A DNA stretch of 64,000 nucleotides, taken from contig OZ176056.1 in NCBI GenBank assembly GCA_964247055.1, forward strand, positions 3,906,001 through 3,970,000. The letters are read 5' to 3'. The notes beneath the pieces are model-generated. The model did no database searches and was not told the origin of the DNA. It was given only the letters and a program-made list of their open reading frames with translations. The first letter of the stretch is position 1, and every line of letters starts with the position of its first letter. Source of the stretch: Paragordius varius. Its lineage: Eukaryota; Animalia; Nematomorpha. This document shows positions 62,058 to 64,000 of the stretch, in pieces. Made by a program: the position numbers and the translations under genes.

Positions 62058-63172
62058 TTCAGGTGAATCATAATTTACCGTTTAATTTTATACAGACACC
62101 ATTTTGTTTATCTGACATTAAAAGATAAACTCACGCCAGCTGTGTTAACCAAATAGCGTCTTATATCAATTAGTTATTATGCTGAATTTTGTGCCTGATA
62201 GAATATTTGCGGCACCCAGTCAAAACAAAAGACTGAAAGTTATCGTTTGATGACATATACATATGAGTACATATAAACACATGTTAAACATTTTAATATA
62301 AAAATTTGTGACACTTGAAAGAATGAGGCTGGAAGACTACACAACTGCGAAGAAGCTAAACAAGAGTGATGCCTAACTCAAATCTAACTTAGCAGAAACA
62401 TTAGTTGTAAACAAACAATCAGTAGATGTTAAACTAATTAAATCGTTAAAGGGTCCCAAATTTGAATGAACGTAAAAGCGAAATTTACAAAGTGACTGTG
62501 AAATCCCGATTAAACGTCGTGAAAGGAAATCATTTTTGCACCGAATGATGGGGGATGAGAAATATATTTTGTAAATCCAAAGAGAAAATATTTGGCTTTC
62601 ACCTTGTCAAGCCGGTCTATCAACACCAAGGCCAAAACACTTCGGCAAAAAAATTAAGCTCTGTATATGGTGGTATTGGAACAGTATTGTGTATAAAAAA
62701 CTTTTGTAGACCGGTACAGTTACAACGCTATCGCCAACAAATGATTAATTTAAATACCAAAAAACGATGGGGATGGGTCTTAAATGGCAAAGTGATTTGT
62801 TTCATAACAATGATATGTTTCACAAAAACACTAATGAAAGACTTATTTTTGGAAAGTTGTTTCGCATATACTCTACTTTTCTAACTCGGCACCATCTAAC
62901 TTTAATCTTATCACATCAATGGGGAACACGCTTGGGGACCATTCTCTTCAATAATTTAGAAGACGTAGATAAATGCCTTCACATGCCATTACAAACGATT
63001 TGCCGCAAATGACAATCAGCTTTTCCAGCATAGCATTTATGTATTATCTGAGAGATGGGCGACATGTGGGGAAATGTAACAAACAATATTTTGAATAAAA
63101 TAAATAATTGATCTTCCTTCCATATTACCTATCTTACCAAAAAAACTAGTAAAGTTATGACTACACCTGGTA
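62058..63172 (+). mobile_element. Decayed mariner element (Mos1-like)
   Basis: Imperfect TIR CAGGTGAATCATAATTTAC / GTAAAGTTATGACTACACCTGG|TA; frameshifted peptides MLNFVPD, RRERKSFLHRMMGDEKYI, STPRPKHFGKKIKLCIWW, YRQQMINL, NNLEDVDKCL, IYVLSERW follow the mariner transposase order. Confidence 0.85.
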
Positions 63173-64000
63173 TTTTACAATAATATCTTTATTGGGCTAT
63201 TTTAAGGATTATTTTATTTTAGGGAAACAAGTAACCTCTAATATTCTTATTTCAAGACAAATATTTTTAAAACGATTAAAGGGAAAATATCTATATTAAT
63301 TAGAAAAATGTTAATTCTATCCCGATTTTAAAAATCTCACCTAATAAGTTATAGTTGTTTATTGCAGTCATATCGAGCCATAAAGAAATAAAATATTTTT
63401 TTTTAATTTATATCTGTTAAATAATATTTATATTAATTGAGAATAATTTTGAAATATATTTTAATTTAAAGAAAATTTTTATAAAAAGGTCTGAATGCTG
63501 ATAAAATGTTTTCCCAAAAACTGGGATTTATGAACGGAAATAGTCACCGTATGCCAAAAATTTATAATTTTTGTATGCTAAAAACTTTAAAATATAACTG
63601 TTTTTGCATTGTCGAAACACTAAAACCTACGGCATAAAATTTTACCCATAATAATTTTTTTTATATTAGATATTTCTTAATTATTCTTTATCTAGCATTT
63701 TAAAATTAAAACAAAATTTATCCGTGGTTAGATCAGGATTTGATATTAGCTAAGAAGGATAAATTTTCACTTTTTAAATTCCATTATATTGAATGTTTAA
63801 ATATCAAACTTATCTGTGTAACAAAATTTTGAAAGTTTTATTTATAAGTATGATTTATGATTATGCATTTAACTCCATAGTCATTGAATTAGAGGAGTTT
63901 TTTCGGATGACAAAGTTTTAATATAACTCAATAAAAATATAAATACATAATTTATGAAGTTATAAAAAAATCTGAAAAAATGTCTTTTTTGATTATATTT

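Noticed and set aside
1-64000. tRNA, rRNA or other structured RNA genes
   Set aside because: None recognised by eye; a tRNAscan-SE/Infernal run would be needed to exclude small ncRNAs.

Overview
Very AT-rich, intron-rich animal (invertebrate-type) nuclear DNA; the species cannot be fixed from the window. By hand-splicing I reconstruct five host genes: (1) a 23-exon carnitine O-palmitoyltransferase 1 (CPT1, +, 3323-20313, 839 aa) with a ~72-aa insertion; (2) a 3-exon orphan secreted 111-aa protein with a fibronectin-III-like pattern (+, 25589-26809); (3) an intronless, strongly divergent class A GPCR (+, 32929-34293); (4) COX7C (+, 36458-36697) with a 30-nt intron; (5) a 15-exon, ~1105-aa Cys-rich extracellular/membrane protein (-, 41945-60595) resembling the uncharacterised invertebrate DUF7042/7043/7044-type family. 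The rest is a dense transposon landscape: a DD34E IS630-Tc1-mariner element with ~550-bp foldback-type inverted arms built from 21-bp tandem repeats next to a non-autonomous relative, at least nine shorter elements sharing its TATACCATTT terminus and also carrying 21-bp repeats, a full-length hAT (Blackjack-type) with a perfect 8-bp TSD, a decayed Mos1-like mariner, a Penelope-like fragment with an inverted RT segment, TTAA-flanked MITEs, hAT MITEs and a Helitron-like array. The most promising candidate for an undescribed system is the TATACCATTT/21-bp foldback transposon family; the best orphan gene is the small secreted protein. Family assignments are from motif recognition and memory, not database searches; repeat boundaries are approximate to about 10-20 bp unless a TSD is given.
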